Source: Anaerolineae bacterium
GTDB lineage: Bacteria; Chloroflexota; Anaerolineae; B4-G1; DUEL01
Reading direction: 5' to 3'
NCBI GenBank assembly: GCA_034435295.1
Contig: DAOTYD010000239.1
Location: forward strand, 1-56,303
Length of the DNA: 56,303 nt
The position numbers and the translations under genes were made by a program. Below, one piece after another: positions 17,862-28,201 of this stretch; positions within the stretch are counted from its first letter, which is position 1, and each line of letters starts with the position of its first letter. A model generated the notes under the pieces. It was given only the letters and a program-made list of their open reading frames with translations, made no database searches and had not been told where the DNA came from.

Positions 17862-17897
17862 GCTGTCAACTCCTTCTCGATGTGATGTACGCCGCCT

Positions 17898-18539
17898 CTA
17901 GCCTGACTCGATCGCCCCGAGGCCGGCGGCGATATAGACAGAAGCCAGAGCGGTGAAAATGTAGGCCTGCAGCAGGCCGGTAAAGATGCTAAAGCCGATC
18001 AACGGCAACGGCACCAGAAACGGCAAAAGGACGAAAATAACCGCAACGATCAGCTCGGTGCTGATGATGTTGCCAAACAGGCGCAGGGTGAGCGACAGGG
18101 TGCGGCTCAACTGGCCGATGATCTCCAGCGGCAGGACATAGATCGGCGAGGCCAATTCCTTCAAATAGCCCTTCAGCCCTCTAGAGCGGATGCCGAAATA
18201 GTGGACGGATAAAAAGACCGTCAGCGCCAGCGCCAGGGGCGTGTTGATGTCGCGGGTGGGAGAAATGAGAAAGGGAACAAGGCCGATGAGATTGGCCACA
18301 GCGATAAAGATCGCCAGCGAGCCGAGAAAAGGCAGATAGTCAACAGCAGGGCGGCCCATGACGCTGGAGATCAGATCGTTCAAAAAGTCGGTCAGCATCT
18401 CCAGCGCCATCGGCTGGCGGCGGCCCAGGATCAGCGCCAGGGCCAGGATGATCGCCATCATCACCCACGTCGAGACGACCGTGTCGCGCACCGGAATGCC
18501 AAAGAGGGTGAAAACTACCCGGGGGAAAACCTCTTCCAT
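17898..18539 (-). CDS. atpB: N-type ATPase a subunit
   Basis: LSRTLSLTLRLFGNI (essential Arg). Start trimmed to MEEVFPR, with AGGAGG upstream. Confidence 0.8.
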   Translation of the reverse strand: MEEVFPRVVFTLFGIPVRDTVVSTWVMMAIILALALILGRRQPMALEMLTDFLNDLISSVMGRPAVDYLPFLGSLAIFIAVANLIGLVPFLISPTRDINTPLALALTVFLSVHYFGIRSRGLKGYLKELASPIYVLPLEIIGQLSRTLSLTLRLFGNIISTELIVAVIFVLLPFLVPLPLIGFSIFTGLLQAYIFTALASVYIAAGLGAIESG

Positions 18540-18802
18540 GCTTCCTCCTGCGTGCCGAACCAGAGCACAGCCAGCGAGCGGGCCAGCCACAGGCCGCCAA
18601 AGGCGCCCAACCCCGGCAGGATGCCCTGCCGCAGCGCCAGGCTCAACAGCAACACGGCCAGGCTCCAGCGCAGGGCAGCCCCACCCCACACCATTGCCAG
18701 CCCAGCCCCTGCCGACTCTGGCCGCAGCCGCCCCACCGTCCAGGCCAGCGACAAGGCGTTGAGCGCGCCCAAGAGCAGGCCAGCCAGCAACCAGCCCATC
18801 AT
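18515..18802 (-). CDS. atpR: AtpR-like small membrane protein of N-ATPase operons
   Basis: 95 aa, about three hydrophobic segments, and Arg in the first helix (WTVGRLR). It sits between the atpQ-like gene and atpB. ATGA overlap with the upstream stop. Confidence 0.55.
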   Translation of the reverse strand: MMGWLLAGLLLGALNALSLAWTVGRLRPESAGAGLAMVWGGAALRWSLAVLLLSLALRQGILPGLGAFGGLWLARSLAVLWFGTQEEAWKRFSPG

Positions 18803-19057
18803 GGCTCGTCCTCCGCTTCCTGCTCCTGCGCCGCCTTCTGGTCGCGCCGCGCCATGCGCTGGATGAAGCGGCCAACGGTATAGAAACCGGTCGCAATGCC
18901 CGCCATCAGCAGACCGATGGTGAAAATATGGCCCGTCCCCAGCCAGCGGTCGAGGTAATAGCCTGCCAGCACGCCGGCAAAGATCGGCAGGGCCAGTTCC
19001 CAGCCGAGCGACATGGCCGCCAGCCCTTCGCGCAGCAAATAGCTCCACGTGCCGGCC

Positions 19058-19077
<20 letters not shown>
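18799..19077 (-). CDS. atpQ: AtpQ (AtpI/AtpZ-like) membrane protein of N-ATPase operons
   Basis: 92 aa, two TM helices (LGWELALPIFAGVLAGYYLD; IFTIGLLMAGIATGFY). It sits right after atpC. Confidence 0.6.
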
Positions 19078-20870
<1,793 letters not shown>

Positions 20871-20983
20871 TCATCGCAGGGAACGCCGGGGGCAGAGTTT
20901 TTCTTCCTCTCGGCGTTCTCTGCGCCCTCTGCGGTTAAAGAACCCATCCGGAGGCCAGGCAGCCCACAGCTACAAACCTCATA

Positions 20984-21012
20984 AGTATAGCCGATGACAG
21001 AGGAAAAGTCAA
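20984..21012 (-). promoter_or_regulatory. Candidate sigma70 promoter of the N-ATPase operon
   Basis: On the minus strand, TTGACT (21012-21007), a 17-nt spacer, then TATACT (20989-20984). It lies about 150 nt upstream of atpD. Confidence 0.4.
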
Positions 21013-21755
21013 AAAGCGCTTTCCACCAACCACCCTGCTGCGGCGGCATCGACCAGCCAGCGCAGGTTGCCCTGCACAGGCCGGATCGCCTGGGCAGGAA
21101 GCCGCTGAGGCTGGTACGGCCCCACGATCACCTGGCGCAACCGTTCCGCCTTGTCCGCTCCACTGACCATAAAGATCACCTCGGCGGCAGCGTTGAACAG
21201 CACGGGGGTCAGCGTGAGCCGCCAGGCCCCCAGCGCTTCGACATACTCCGCCACTGCCCAGCGCCCTGTCTCGCCGGGCGCTGCCGCGCCGGGGAAAAGA
21301 GATGCCGTGTGCCCGTCCCGCCCCAGCCCCAGCAGGACCAGGTCAAAAGCCGGCGGGCCGCCAGCAAAGAAAGAGCGCAGTTCACGCTCGCAGGCATCCG
21401 CGGCCTGGCGGGGATCGAGTTCGCCGCGCAGGCGATGAACATTCTCAAGCGGGATCGGCACGTGCTCCAGCAGCGCCTGGCGGGCCATGCGATAGTTGCT
21501 GTCGGGGTGCTCCGGCGGGACGCAGCGCTCGTCGCCCCAAAAGACATGCACGCGCGCCCAATCGACGCGGGCGGCATAGTGCGGGAGTGCCAGGAGCGCA
21601 TAAGCCGCGCGCGGCGTCGTCCCGCCAGCCAGCGCCACCGCAAAACGTCCCCGCGCCGCGACCGCCTCCACCGCCCGCGCGACGAACCGCTCCGCTACCG
21701 CCTGCGCCAGCGCCTCGGGGTCAGGATAGACCTCGACAACGGCGCCGCCCGTCAC
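21009..21755 (-). CDS. pgl: 6-phosphogluconolactonase
   Basis: ALAGGTTP and GLGRDGHTASLFPG. The GTG start at 21755 makes a GTGA overlap with the upstream stop. The ORF could instead extend to 21779. Confidence 0.85.
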   Translation of the reverse strand: MTGGAVVEVYPDPEALAQAVAERFVARAVEAVAARGRFAVALAGGTTPRAAYALLALPHYAARVDWARVHVFWGDERCVPPEHPDSNYRMARQALLEHVPIPLENVHRLRGELDPRQAADACERELRSFFAGGPPAFDLVLLGLGRDGHTASLFPGAAAPGETGRWAVAEYVEALGAWRLTLTPVLFNAAAEVIFMVSGADKAERLRQVIVGPYQPQRLPAQAIRPVQGNLRWLVDAAAAGWLVESAF

Positions 21756-22225
21756 GCCGCGTGACCCCCGCAGCCACAAAACCAGACCCGCCCTTCGCTG
21801 GCCAGCAAGTCATCCGCCTCGGCTGGGCCCCAACTCCCCGGCTCGTAAAAGGCCAGCGGCGTTCCGGGCAACTCGCAGGCTGCAACCAGCGGGTCGATCA
21901 ACCCCCACGCCAGCTCGATCTCGTCGGCGCGGGCAAAGAGCGAGGCGTCGCCATGGAGCGCGTCCAGCAGCAACCGCTCGTAGGCCTCTGGCAGCGCCAC
22001 AGGGCCGAAATCCTCGGCATAGTGAAACTCCATATCGACCGGACGCGTGCGCATGCCGGCCCCCGGCTGCTTGGTCTCGAAGCGGAGATGAACGCCCTCG
22101 TCCGGCTGCACACACAGCGAGAGGAGAGTCGAGCGATTATAGCCCACCAGGCGATGTCCGCCGCGCGCCAGCCGGCGCGCCATGTTGCCGCCCATCCTGC
22201 CCAGACCGACCATCCCCACTTCCAT
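21752..22225 (-). pseudogene. In-frame chimeric remnant: the first ~32 codons of a 6-phosphogluconate dehydrogenase fused to the last ~120 codons of glucose-6-phosphate dehydrogenase
   Basis: MEVGMVGLGRMGGNMARRLARGGHRLVGYNRS (Gnd NAD-binding N-terminus) is followed directly by LCVQPDEGVHLRF...PEAYERLLLDALHGDASLF...YEPGSWGPAEADDLL (Zwf C-terminus). Confidence 0.7.
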
Positions 22226-22228
22226 CGT

Positions 22229-22933
22229 TCACGCTCCCTTCCGTTCGAGGTGGCGGACCCCTGTAGCACCCGCCACGATCACATCCGTCGCCAGGCCCAG
22301 GAACAGGCCGTGCTCCACGATCCCCGTGCGCCCCTTCATCTGCGCCGCCAACCGCGGCGGGTCAGCGATCGGCCCAAAGGCGCAGTCGAGGATCAGGTTG
22401 CCGTGGTCGGTGACAAACGGCGTTCCCTCGCCCGTCCGGCGCAGAGCTGGCCGCCCCCCCAGCGATTCGAGAAAGGCCGCCTGCGTGCGCCAGCCAAAAG
22501 GCACCACCTCGACCGGCACGGGCCAGCGCGTGCCCAGGCGCGGCGAGAGCTTGGACTCGTCGACCACAATGACCAGGCGGCGGCTGGCCTGGGCGACCAG
22601 CTTCTCGCGCAGGAGCGCCCCCCCACCCCCTTTGATCAGATCGAGCTGCGGGTCGACCTCGTCCGCCCCGTCGATGGTCAGGTCGACGACGGGATGCTCG
22701 TCGAGCGTGGTCAGCGGGATGCCCAGCGCGCGCGCTTCCTCTTCGACCTGGCGCGAACAGGGCACGCCGAGGACGCCCATCAGCCGGCCCTCACCCAGCA
22801 GGGCGGCGATGCGGCGCACGGCCCATATCGCCGTGCTGCCGTGGCCCAGCCCCACCACCATCCCCGGCTCGACGAACTCGACCGCCCGCCCGGCAGCCTG
22901 CCGTTTGAGGTCTGCCACATCGGCGCTCATCAC
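22229..22933 (-). CDS. rpiA: Ribose-5-phosphate isomerase A
   Basis: [16 protein letters not shown] and [11 protein letters not shown]. Confidence 0.9.
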   Translation of the reverse strand: MMSADVADLKRQAAGRAVEFVEPGMVVGLGHGSTAIWAVRRIAALLGEGRLMGVLGVPCSRQVEEEARALGIPLTTLDEHPVVDLTIDGADEVDPQLDLIKGGGGALLREKLVAQASRRLVIVVDESKLSPRLGTRWPVPVEVVPFGWRTQAAFLESLGGRPALRRTGEGTPFVTDHGNLILDCAFGPIADPPRLAAQMKGRTGIVEHGLFLGLATDVIVAGATGVRHLERKGA

Positions 22934-24579
22934 TCCCCCTCCAGCGCGCGCGTCAGCGCCATCAGCTCACCCGCCACGTCCTGGCCCAGGTGAAAGCGGA
23001 TCAGCCGCCGGCCAGCCTGGCGCAGCGCCTGCGCGTCGCCCAGCGCCTGCGCCGTCTTGAGCACGCCAAAGGTCATGGACGACGCCGGCGAATCGGCCTC
23101 GTCCGGGATGGGCACGTCATGCGGCATCTCGGCGGTGAACTGGATGAACAGCCCACTGCCATCGTCGCCCTTGTGGAGCTGACCGGTGGAATGGAGAAAG
23201 CGCGGGCCGTAGCCGACCGTCGTCGCCAGGCGGGTGCGCTGGCGCAGGCACAGGCGCAGCGCCCGCAGCGCCGCCGTGACCTCGGCGCGCGGACAGACGT
23301 AGGCCTGCAGGGCGATATAGTCGCCAGGGCGAGCCTGGGCCAGAAAGCGCCGCAGCGCCTCGGCCGTCGGCGCGGCCACCTCCTCTGTCGGCAGCGCCCC
23401 CGTGGCTGTGTACGCGGCCACCGCCTCGCGCGCCAGCACTTTGGCCGCTTCGACGTCCGGCTGGTCGAACGGGTTGATCCCCAGGCGATAGCCCGCGACG
23501 GCGGTGGCAAACTCCCACAGGAAGAACTGCCCGCCCAGGTCGTAGACATCGTCCAGCTCGTAGCGCAGCAAGGGCTGACCGGCGGCTGTCAACGCCGCCA
23601 GCGCCGCGTCGTCGGCTGCGTCGCCTGCCAGCCGCAGGTGGACAAAGAGACGGTCATCGCCATAGACCTCCGGCGGCCCCGGCGGCTCATCGACGACGGG
23701 GACGATGCCCCGGCCATCCTTGCCCGTGCTTTCAGCGATGAGCTGTTCGACCCAGTCACCAAAACTGGCGATGGGGGGAGAGACGACAAAGGTCACCTTG
23801 TTGCGGCCAGCGCGGGCCAGCTCGCCCAGCACAGCGCCCAGGCGCGCGCCGGGGTTCTCTGCCGCCGCGCTCTTCGCGCACGCGCTCGCCGCCTCCAGCG
23901 CCCGGTCGAGCAGGCGGTCCAGGTCGACGCCGACCAGCGCCGCCGGGACGAGGCCGAAATAGGAGAGGGCCGAGTAGCGCCCGCCGATGTTCGGGTCGTT
24001 GAGGAACGCGGCGCGGAAATGATACTGCCCGGCCCACCCGGCCAGTTGGCTGCCGGGGTCGGTGATGGCGACCCAGTGCGCGCCGGCGGCCTCGCTGCCC
24101 AGCGCGTCGACGGTCCAGCGGTAAAAGAACTTGAAGAACGACGCCGTCTCGACCGTGCCGCCGGACTTGGTCGAGACGATGAAGAGCGTGCGCGCCGGAT
24201 CGAGGCGGCCGGCGGGGGCCAGCACCGCGCCAGGGTCCGTGCTATCGAGAACGGCCAGGCGCAGGCGGCCCTGCCCAAAGACGCGGCCAAACAATTCCGG
24301 CGCCAGGCTGGAACCGCCCATGCCCAGCAGCAGCACGTCGGTATAGCCGTCGGCCTGCACCTGGCGGGCCAGCGCTTGCAGCGCGGGGACGTGCGGACGC
24401 ATCGCTGCGGCAACGTGCAGCCAGCCCAGGCGGTTGGCGATCTCGGTCGGTTCGGGCTTCCAGAGCGTGTGGTCGTGCTGCCACAAGCGCTCGACCGCGC
24501 GCGCGGCGTCCATCTCGGCCAGCGCCGTTTCTACCGCGCGGCGGTACTCTCCTGATTCGATCTCCTGATGGTATTTCAT
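22930..24579 (-). CDS. pgi: Glucose-6-phosphate isomerase (the type usually found in Tal-Pgi fusions)
   Basis: [23 protein letters not shown] and [10 protein letters not shown]. Start trimmed to MKYHQEI. Confidence 0.85.
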   Translation of the reverse strand: MKYHQEIESGEYRRAVETALAEMDAARAVERLWQHDHTLWKPEPTEIANRLGWLHVAAAMRPHVPALQALARQVQADGYTDVLLLGMGGSSLAPELFGRVFGQGRLRLAVLDSTDPGAVLAPAGRLDPARTLFIVSTKSGGTVETASFFKFFYRWTVDALGSEAAGAHWVAITDPGSQLAGWAGQYHFRAAFLNDPNIGGRYSALSYFGLVPAALVGVDLDRLLDRALEAASACAKSAAAENPGARLGAVLGELARAGRNKVTFVVSPPIASFGDWVEQLIAESTGKDGRGIVPVVDEPPGPPEVYGDDRLFVHLRLAGDAADDAALAALTAAGQPLLRYELDDVYDLGGQFFLWEFATAVAGYRLGINPFDQPDVEAAKVLAREAVAAYTATGALPTEEVAAPTAEALRRFLAQARPGDYIALQAYVCPRAEVTAALRALRLCLRQRTRLATTVGYGPRFLHSTGQLHKGDDGSGLFIQFTAEMPHDVPIPDEADSPASSMTFGVLKTAQALGDAQALRQAGRRLIRFHLGQDVAGELMALTRALEGE

Positions 24580-24635
24580 TCCCCTTCCACTCCCGGCCCC
24601 CATTTTACTCCAGGAGGTGGAAACGGACAAAACCA

Positions 24636-24669
24636 TTTGTAGGACAACTGCTCGCAGTTGTCCTACAAA
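24636..24669. promoter_or_regulatory. Perfect 16-bp inverted repeat (candidate PadR operator)
   Basis: tttgtaggacaactgc-tc-gcagttgtcctacaaa lies 15 nt upstream of the -35 of the padR promoter, in the divergent pgi/padR region. Confidence 0.45.
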
Positions 24670-24684
24670 CTACTACGAACACCC

Positions 24685-24713
24685 TTGACACCAGGCCTTT
24701 TTCACATTACAAT
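24685..24713 (+). promoter_or_regulatory. Sigma70 promoter of the padR operon
   Basis: TTGACA (24685-24690), a 17-nt spacer, then TACAAT (24708-24713). Confidence 0.55.
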
Positions 24714-24750
24714 GAGACATAATAAAATTATGGGTATACGGAGCAGGGAG

Positions 24751-25122
24751 ATGACAGGCAGGGACGAGATGGAAGCAGGGCAGCTCAACCAGATGCGCAA
24801 GGGAACGACGACGCTGGCAGTGCTCAAGCTGCTGGTCGACGCCGGCGAGCCCATGCACGGCTATCAGATCATCCGCGCGCTGGAGGAGCGCAGCCAGGGC
24901 CTCTTCCAGTTCAAGGAAGGGCTGATCTATCCCCGCCTGCACCAGATGGAGCAGGACGGCCTGCTGGAGAGCCGGTGGGAGGGCGAACCCGGCACACGCC
25001 GTCGCAAGGTCTATGCTGTGACGGACAAGGGCCGCCGTCGGCTCGAGGCGGAGATGGCGCAGTGGGAAGCGTTCCGCCAGGGCATGACCAACCTGCTGGG
25101 GCTGAAGGCCATTCGCTCCTAG
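24751..25122 (+). CDS. PadR-family transcriptional regulator
   Basis: LAVLKLLVDAGEPMHGYQIIRALEE...GLIYPRLHQMEQDGLLESRWE...RRKVYAVTDKG. Start at MTGRDE, with GGAG upstream. Confidence 0.85.
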   Translation: MTGRDEMEAGQLNQMRKGTTTLAVLKLLVDAGEPMHGYQIIRALEERSQGLFQFKEGLIYPRLHQMEQDGLLESRWEGEPGTRRRKVYAVTDKGRRRLEAEMAQWEAFRQGMTNLLGLKAIRS

Positions 25123-25159
25123 TCATGCGCGGCCAGAGACCGCGCCGGGAGAGAGCCAG

Positions 25160-25636
25160 GTGACCATCGACGAAACACTCGACCGCATCCGTGCCCGGCT
25201 CAGTCTGGAAGCGGAGACAGAGTACGAACTGCTGGAGGAAATCCGCGCCCATCTGGAAGACGCGGTCGAAGAAGCGCGCGCACGCGGCCTGGACGAAGAA
25301 GCGGCGCTGGCGCAGGCGGCAGCCCGCTTCGGCCTGGAGGAGTCGGCCCAGGAGCTGCAGGCCACCCATGTTGGCTGGGGCACACTGGAAGGCATCGCGG
25401 CGGCGGCCCTGCCGGTCCTCTTTGCGCTGGTCCTGCGCTGGTTGATCTTTGCGCCGGACGGCACGGCCATCGGCTGGCGCGAACTGTTGAATCGCCCCGC
25501 TCTATGGGCCGTCGCCGCGCTGGCCCTCCTGCTGCCCATCCGTCACTTCCCTCGCCGCCGCTACGCCCTCCTCGCCTGGGTCGTCTTTTGGGGCCTCTCC
25601 ATCCTCTTCATCACCTTCCCCGCTCTCCGCTGGTAA
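25160..25636 (+). CDS. Membrane protein with a DUF1700/HAAS-like N-terminal helix (PadR partner)
   Basis: GTG start. The N-terminal soluble helical region EYELLEEIRAHLEDAVEEARARGLDEEAA...FG is followed by 3 TM helices. Confidence 0.5.
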   Translation: MTIDETLDRIRARLSLEAETEYELLEEIRAHLEDAVEEARARGLDEEAALAQAAARFGLEESAQELQATHVGWGTLEGIAAAALPVLFALVLRWLIFAPDGTAIGWRELLNRPALWAVAALALLLPIRHFPRRRYALLAWVVFWGLSILFITFPALRW

Positions 25637-25652
25637 CCCCTCCCCACCTGCA

Positions 25653-25676
25653 AACTTGCATACTTGCACACTTGCA
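25653..25676. repeat. Octamer tandem repeat (NACTTGCA)x3
   Basis: aacttgca tacttgca cacttgca. Same family as 7423-7472. The last unit supplies the -35 of the ridA promoter. Confidence 0.7.
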
Positions 25677-25699
25677 TCCTGGCCACCTTGCACTACAAT
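25672..25699 (+). promoter_or_regulatory. Candidate promoter of ridA
   Basis: TTGCAT (25672-25677), a 16-nt spacer, then TACAAT (25694-25699). It lies 27 nt before the ATG at 25727. Confidence 0.4.
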
Positions 25700-25726
25700 G
25701 AGATTATCTTCCCGGAGGTGAAGCCT

Positions 25727-26152
25727 ATGAGCAAAACGATCATCGCCACAGATCAAGCCCCCGCTGCTGTTGGACCCTATTCCCAGGCCGTGCGCATGGG
25801 TGACCTCATCTATACCGCCGGCCAGTTGGGACTGGTGCCGGGCACGAAAGAGTTTGCCGGGCCCGACATCGAGGCACAGACCCGTCAGGCGCTGGAAAAC
25901 CTGCGCGCCATCCTGGAAGCGGCCGGCTCGTGCCTGGAGCACGTGGTCAAAACCACCGTCTTTTTGCAGGACATGGCCGAGTTTTCCCGCATGAACGGCG
26001 TCTATGCCTCATTCTTTCCGCAGAACCCACCAGCCCGCTCAGCGGTGCAGGTGGCGGCGCTGCCGCTGGGCGGACGGGTCGAGATCGAGGCCGTGGCCGA
26101 GGCCTGCGACTGCGAATCAGTGGACGCCTGCGGCTGCCGGGATCCCGAGTAA
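25727..26152 (+). CDS. ridA: RidA/YjgF-family enamine/imine deaminase with a Cys-rich C-terminal tail
   Basis: APAAVGPYSQAV..GDLIYTAGQ...ARSAVQVAALPLGGRVEIEAV, followed by an extra tail AEACDCESVDACGCRDPE. Confidence 0.85.
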   Translation: MSKTIIATDQAPAAVGPYSQAVRMGDLIYTAGQLGLVPGTKEFAGPDIEAQTRQALENLRAILEAAGSCLEHVVKTTVFLQDMAEFSRMNGVYASFFPQNPPARSAVQVAALPLGGRVEIEAVAEACDCESVDACGCRDPE

Positions 26153-26271
26153 AAGTTCAAGAGCCGATAGTCTCCCTCTTGAGTGTTGGCCTGACCGGGC
26201 GGCAGAAAAATGGCCAACAACACTCAATCGGAGCACTACTCAAGAGCCTGAGCCAGGCGAAAGGAGAAACC

Positions 26272-27342
26272 ATGAACAGGCGCTTTACAGCCAGCATCGT
26301 CCTGTCCACGGTGCTGCTAGCACTGCTTTGGGGAGGGACAGGCCGGGCGGCCAGCATGCCGCGCGCTGCCCTGGCAGAGCTGCCCAAAGCGTCTGCTGTC
26401 GTCTTGGGGCCGAACGGGCCCCTCGTAACGTATAAAAACTGTAGCGCAGAGCAACAAACCGCCCTGGGCAACGCCCTGACCGGCATCGGCACGACGCTGG
26501 CAGGAGACTGCGTTGCTGGCGCCGCTCTCAAGACATGCCTGACCAACAAGTCGGCAAGTGTCACCATCATATGCGGGGGTAAATCATGCACAGAAGAACC
26601 TCGACTGGCTGGCGAGACGGTGCGCGGCAGCAACTGGGTGCGCATCTGCCCGCGCTCGTTCAACAACGCCCAACGGCTCGAGGCGGTCCTCTTTCACGAA
26701 CTGGTCCATACCTGCGACCGCGACGAAAAGACGGCGGAGGCCTGCCAGAACGCCTGCTATGAGGGCAAAGGAGCCACGCCGCCAGACGAGGGCGAGGGAG
26801 GCGGCACGTGCAACGGCCAACAAAGCCACACGCTGGCGATCTTTCCCATTGCCCCCGCTGCGCCGCAGCAGATTGCCGCTGCCCTGACCGTTGCTTCCCC
26901 CTTCGCCTTTTGGGGCGATCCCATCACCCTCACCTTCCAACTGGTCAACACCGACCCCACCAATGTGATCACCGTCAACACGAGCTGGTACGACCCCAAC
27001 CAGAACAGCCTCGCCATCACCGGCCCCGGTGGGCAGCCCGTGCCCTCCAACATCCTCTGGGAGGTCGATCCGCCAGGCGCGTCCAGCTATATCGCCCTGC
27101 CGCCAAACGGAGGGGCGTTTAGCGACCAATTCGTCATCACGCCCGAATCTTACAGCCTGCAGCCAGGACCGCAAAACATCCAGGTCATCTACAGCAACTT
27201 TGAGACGGGCATCTATTTCCAGGTCTACCCCTTTCCTCTGATAGGGAATGCTCACGCCTGGACAGGCACCGTAGCCAGCAACTTTGTTCTCGTCCATGTC
27301 CAGCCGCGGATGATCTACCTGCCGCTGGTACTCAGGAACTAG
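26272..27342 (+). CDS. Secreted Cys-rich protein with an HExxH motif and a C-terminal beta-rich domain
   Basis: AGGAGA SD. Signal peptide MNRRFTASIVLSTVLLALLWGGTGRAAS. FHELVHTC. About ten Cys in the N-terminal half. Confidence 0.55.
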   Translation: MNRRFTASIVLSTVLLALLWGGTGRAASMPRAALAELPKASAVVLGPNGPLVTYKNCSAEQQTALGNALTGIGTTLAGDCVAGAALKTCLTNKSASVTIICGGKSCTEEPRLAGETVRGSNWVRICPRSFNNAQRLEAVLFHELVHTCDRDEKTAEACQNACYEGKGATPPDEGEGGGTCNGQQSHTLAIFPIAPAAPQQIAAALTVASPFAFWGDPITLTFQLVNTDPTNVITVNTSWYDPNQNSLAITGPGGQPVPSNILWEVDPPGASSYIALPPNGGAFSDQFVITPESYSLQPGPQNIQVIYSNFETGIYFQVYPFPLIGNAHAWTGTVASNFVLVHVQPRMIYLPLVLRN

Positions 27343-27343
27343 A

Positions 27344-27877
27344 ATGTCAGAAGAAAAACGTCGCTTTGGTCCCTACACGGTAGAGGAGCGCACGGCGCGA
27401 CGGCTGGTCGTCGAGAGAGCAGGAAAACCGCTGCTGGCGGTGGGCCTGCTGTGGGCCGTCTGGGTGCCCATCGCCCTGCTGATCGGGCCGTGGCGCGGCG
27501 GGGCGGCGCTGGCGATCACCCTGAGTGCATCCATCGTCGCGGCCATCGTCAGCCTGCTGATCCTGCGCTTTGTGCCGCGCCGGACGTGGTTCGCGGTCGA
27601 TCTGGAAAGCGGCGAGTTCCGCAGCGAGCGGTCGTATCTCCTCCTGCGCGCCCCCAAGGCCACTCAGGCCGGTCTGGACGCCGTGGCTGGCATTCGCTCC
27701 CGCCGCCAGTTCTGGCGCGACATGCCCGGCGTCGAAGCGGCGCGCTGGGTGGTCGAGCTTGTGGCGCAAGACGGGCGGGTTTGGCGGCTGGCCAAAGAAG
27801 AGCAGGAAGCGCCGATGAACGAACTGGCGCGGCTGGTCGCCGAAGTCTCTGGACGCCCTCTGCTGGCAGAGGAATAA
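27344..27877 (+). CDS. Hypothetical two-TM membrane protein
   Basis: It starts 2 nt after the upstream stop. Two hydrophobic helices, then a soluble C-terminal region. No recognisable family. Confidence 0.45.
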   Translation: MSEEKRRFGPYTVEERTARRLVVERAGKPLLAVGLLWAVWVPIALLIGPWRGGAALAITLSASIVAAIVSLLILRFVPRRTWFAVDLESGEFRSERSYLLLRAPKATQAGLDAVAGIRSRRQFWRDMPGVEAARWVVELVAQDGRVWRLAKEEQEAPMNELARLVAEVSGRPLLAEE

Positions 27878-27878
27878 A

Positions 27879-27913
27879 AAGACAGCGCGCTGCCCCTGGC
27901 CGCGCGCTGTCTT
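27879..27913 (-). terminator. Intrinsic terminator downstream of infA
   Basis: Perfect 12-bp stem aagacagcgcgc/gcgcgctgtctt with an 11-nt loop, followed on the minus strand by a T-run (tttttatt). Confidence 0.6.
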
Positions 27914-27928
27914 GCCCACCCAACGGCG

Positions 27929-28177
27929 TTATTCCTCTTCCTCTTCCTCTTGCTCTTTGCGGTAGCGATAGATGATGCGGCCGCGGCTGAGGTCGTAGGG
28001 CGAAAGCTCGACCTTGACGCGGTCGCCCAGGAGGATGCGGATGTAATACTTGCGCATACGGCCAGATAGGTAGGACACAACCTGGTGTCCGCTGTCCAGT
28101 TCGACGCGGAACTGGGTGCCGGGCAGCGCTTCCACGACCGTGCCTTCAACCGTGATCTTGCCTTCCTTCTTTGCCAT
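27929..28177 (-). CDS. infA: Translation initiation factor IF-1 with a C-terminal poly-Glu tail
   Basis: [64 protein letters not shown], followed by [11 protein letters not shown]. Confidence 0.92.
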   Translation of the reverse strand: MAKKEGKITVEGTVVEALPGTQFRVELDSGHQVVSYLSGRMRKYYIRILLGDRVKVELSPYDLSRGRIIYRYRKEQEEEEEE

Positions 28178-28201
28178 TCCGCGTCCTCTGTATGGGCTGC
28201 G

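Noticed and set aside
17898-18896. Extended N-termini of atpB (to 18896), atpR (to 19048), atpC (to 19573) and atpF (to 17620)
   Set aside because: The extensions overlap the preceding genes, are Arg/Gly/Ala-rich, and precede internal Mets that carry SDs and match the family N-termini.
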